Shown here: positions 62,656 through 64,000 of the stretch, in pieces
Position numbering within the stretch: position 1 is the stretch's first letter
Layout of the letters: every line of letters begins with the position of its first letter
Made by a program: the position numbers and the translations under genes
Notes under the pieces: generated by a model
Database searches by the model: none
Told to the model about the DNA's origin: nothing
What the model saw: the letters and a program-made list of their open reading frames with translations, nothing else
Source: Felis catus
Taxonomy: Eukaryota
NCBI RefSeq assembly: GCF_018350175.1
Contig: NC_058369.1
Span: 10,542,001-10,606,000, forward strand
DNA: 64,000 nucleotides
Direction: 5' to 3'

Positions 62656-63867
62656 TCTTTTGGGACATATAAGTAGGTACATAAGCAGGAGTGAAACTAC
62701 TGGATCAAATGATCATTCTGTGTTCACGTTTTGAGGGGCCAGCACAATCTTTTCCACACTAGCTGTGCCACTTTTCATTCTCATCGGCAAGCACCACAGG
62801 GCTGCAATTTCCCCTTATCCTCACCAACAATTATTTTCTGTTTAGTTTTAAAAAATAGCCATTCTAGTATGTGTGTTGTGGTATCACCTTATGGGTTTGA
62901 TTTGCATTTCCCTAATGATTAGTCAAGTTTGCCTCTAAGTATTCATACCTATATCTTCTTTGGAGAAGTGTCTATTTGAGTCTATTGCCTTCTTTTTCTT
63001 TTCACCATTAATTTTGTTTTCTAATTTATTTTAAAATGTCAATAGCAGTATGGTTAACATACAGTGTAATACTAGTTTCAGGTGTACAATATGGTGATTC
63101 AGCACTTCCGTCCATCACCCGGTGCTCATCAGGACAAGTTTACTCCCTAATCCCCAACATGTATTTCACCCCCCCCACCCCCCCACGTCCGCTCCAGTAA
63201 CCATCAGTTTGTTCTCTATAGTTAAGAGTCTGTTTCTTGGTTTGGCTCTCTTTTTCCCCCTTTGCTCATTTGGACCATTTCTTAAATTCCACATAGGGAT
63301 GAAATCATATGGTATTTGTCTCTCTCTGAATGACTAATTTCGTTTAGCATAAGACCCTCTAGCTCTATGCACATCATTCCAAAAACAAGATTTCATTTTT
63401 TATTGGCTGAACAATATTCCATTGTGTGTCTACATGTCACACATCTTTATTCATTCATCTATTGGCGGACACTTGGGCTGCTTTCATATTTTGGTTTTTG
63501 TAAATGATGCTACTATAAACATAGGGATGCATGTATTCCTTTGATTTTTTGTTTTTGTATTTTTTTTGGTAATGACCCAGTAGTGCAATTACTGGATTGT
63601 AAGGAGGCTTTATTTATGCCTTGAAGGAACCTCTATACTCTTTTCCACGGTGGCGGCTCCAGTTTCTATTTCCACCAACGATACCAGAGGGTTTCATTTT
63701 TTCCCAAATCATTGCCCACACTTACTGTTTCTTTTTTTTTTAATCTTTTTTTTTTAAGTTTTTATTATGGCAGCATTGAGTCACTCTATTGGACACCTGC
63801 AATGAATATTACACTGTATGTCAGGTAACTGGAATGTAAATAAAAGGGTTGCCTTTTTATTAAAAAA

Positions 63868-64000
63868 ATTTTTTTCAACGTTTATTTATTTTTGGGACAG
63901 AGAGAGACAGAGCATGAACAGGGGAGGGGCAGAGAGAGAGGGAGACACAGAATCGGAAACAGGCTCCAGGCTCTGAGCCATCAGCCCAGAGCCTGACGCG
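63868..64000 (-). mobile_element. Young CanSINE cut by the window edge
   Basis: Matches 20205-20340. Confidence 0.92.

Larger units (their letters stand above)
35200..64000 (+). repeat. Tandem segmental duplication, units B and C (promoter-to-promoter spacing 16949 bp); older paralog A spans about 16150-35200
   Basis: Collinear blocks 35200-36900/52140-53880, 36960-38110/56210-57297, 43779-48960/57297-62990, 49270-50500/63010-63850; also 28200-30745/45511-48838 and 33371-34800/50708-52130. Confidence 0.92.

Noticed and set aside
1..64000. CRISPR arrays, rRNA, operons or other prokaryotic systems
   Set aside because: Mammalian repeat-rich DNA; no regularly spaced repeat-spacer array or such genes seen.

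Overview
Carnivore, most likely felid, genomic DNA (dense SINEC_Fc-type CanSINEs and carnivore L1s) containing part of a class II olfactory receptor cluster of family 7 (OR7A/OR7C-like). There are two intact single-exon ORs on + (44543-45511, unit B; 58077-59045, unit C), one full-length pseudogene on + (27229-28200, unit A) and one 3'-truncated pseudogene on - (about 5520-5944). The three + genes lie in tandem paralogous units: promoter and putative non-coding first exon, intron, OR exon, then a decayed antisense ERVL gag-pro-RT fragment. A fourth, inverted copy of the promoter module at about 9.7-10.2 kb points at the - strand pseudogene. Main observations: (i) the promoter TAATGA+O/E composite is intact only upstream of the intact genes; (ii) a 200/201-nt identical tract between pseudogene A and gene C contradicts the SINE-based tree, suggesting gene conversion; (iii) each unit carries an ERVL fossil; (iv) several L1s have unusual structures. 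No wholly new biological system could be supported. All alignments were made by eye, repeat subfamily names come from memory, and repeat boundaries are approximate.
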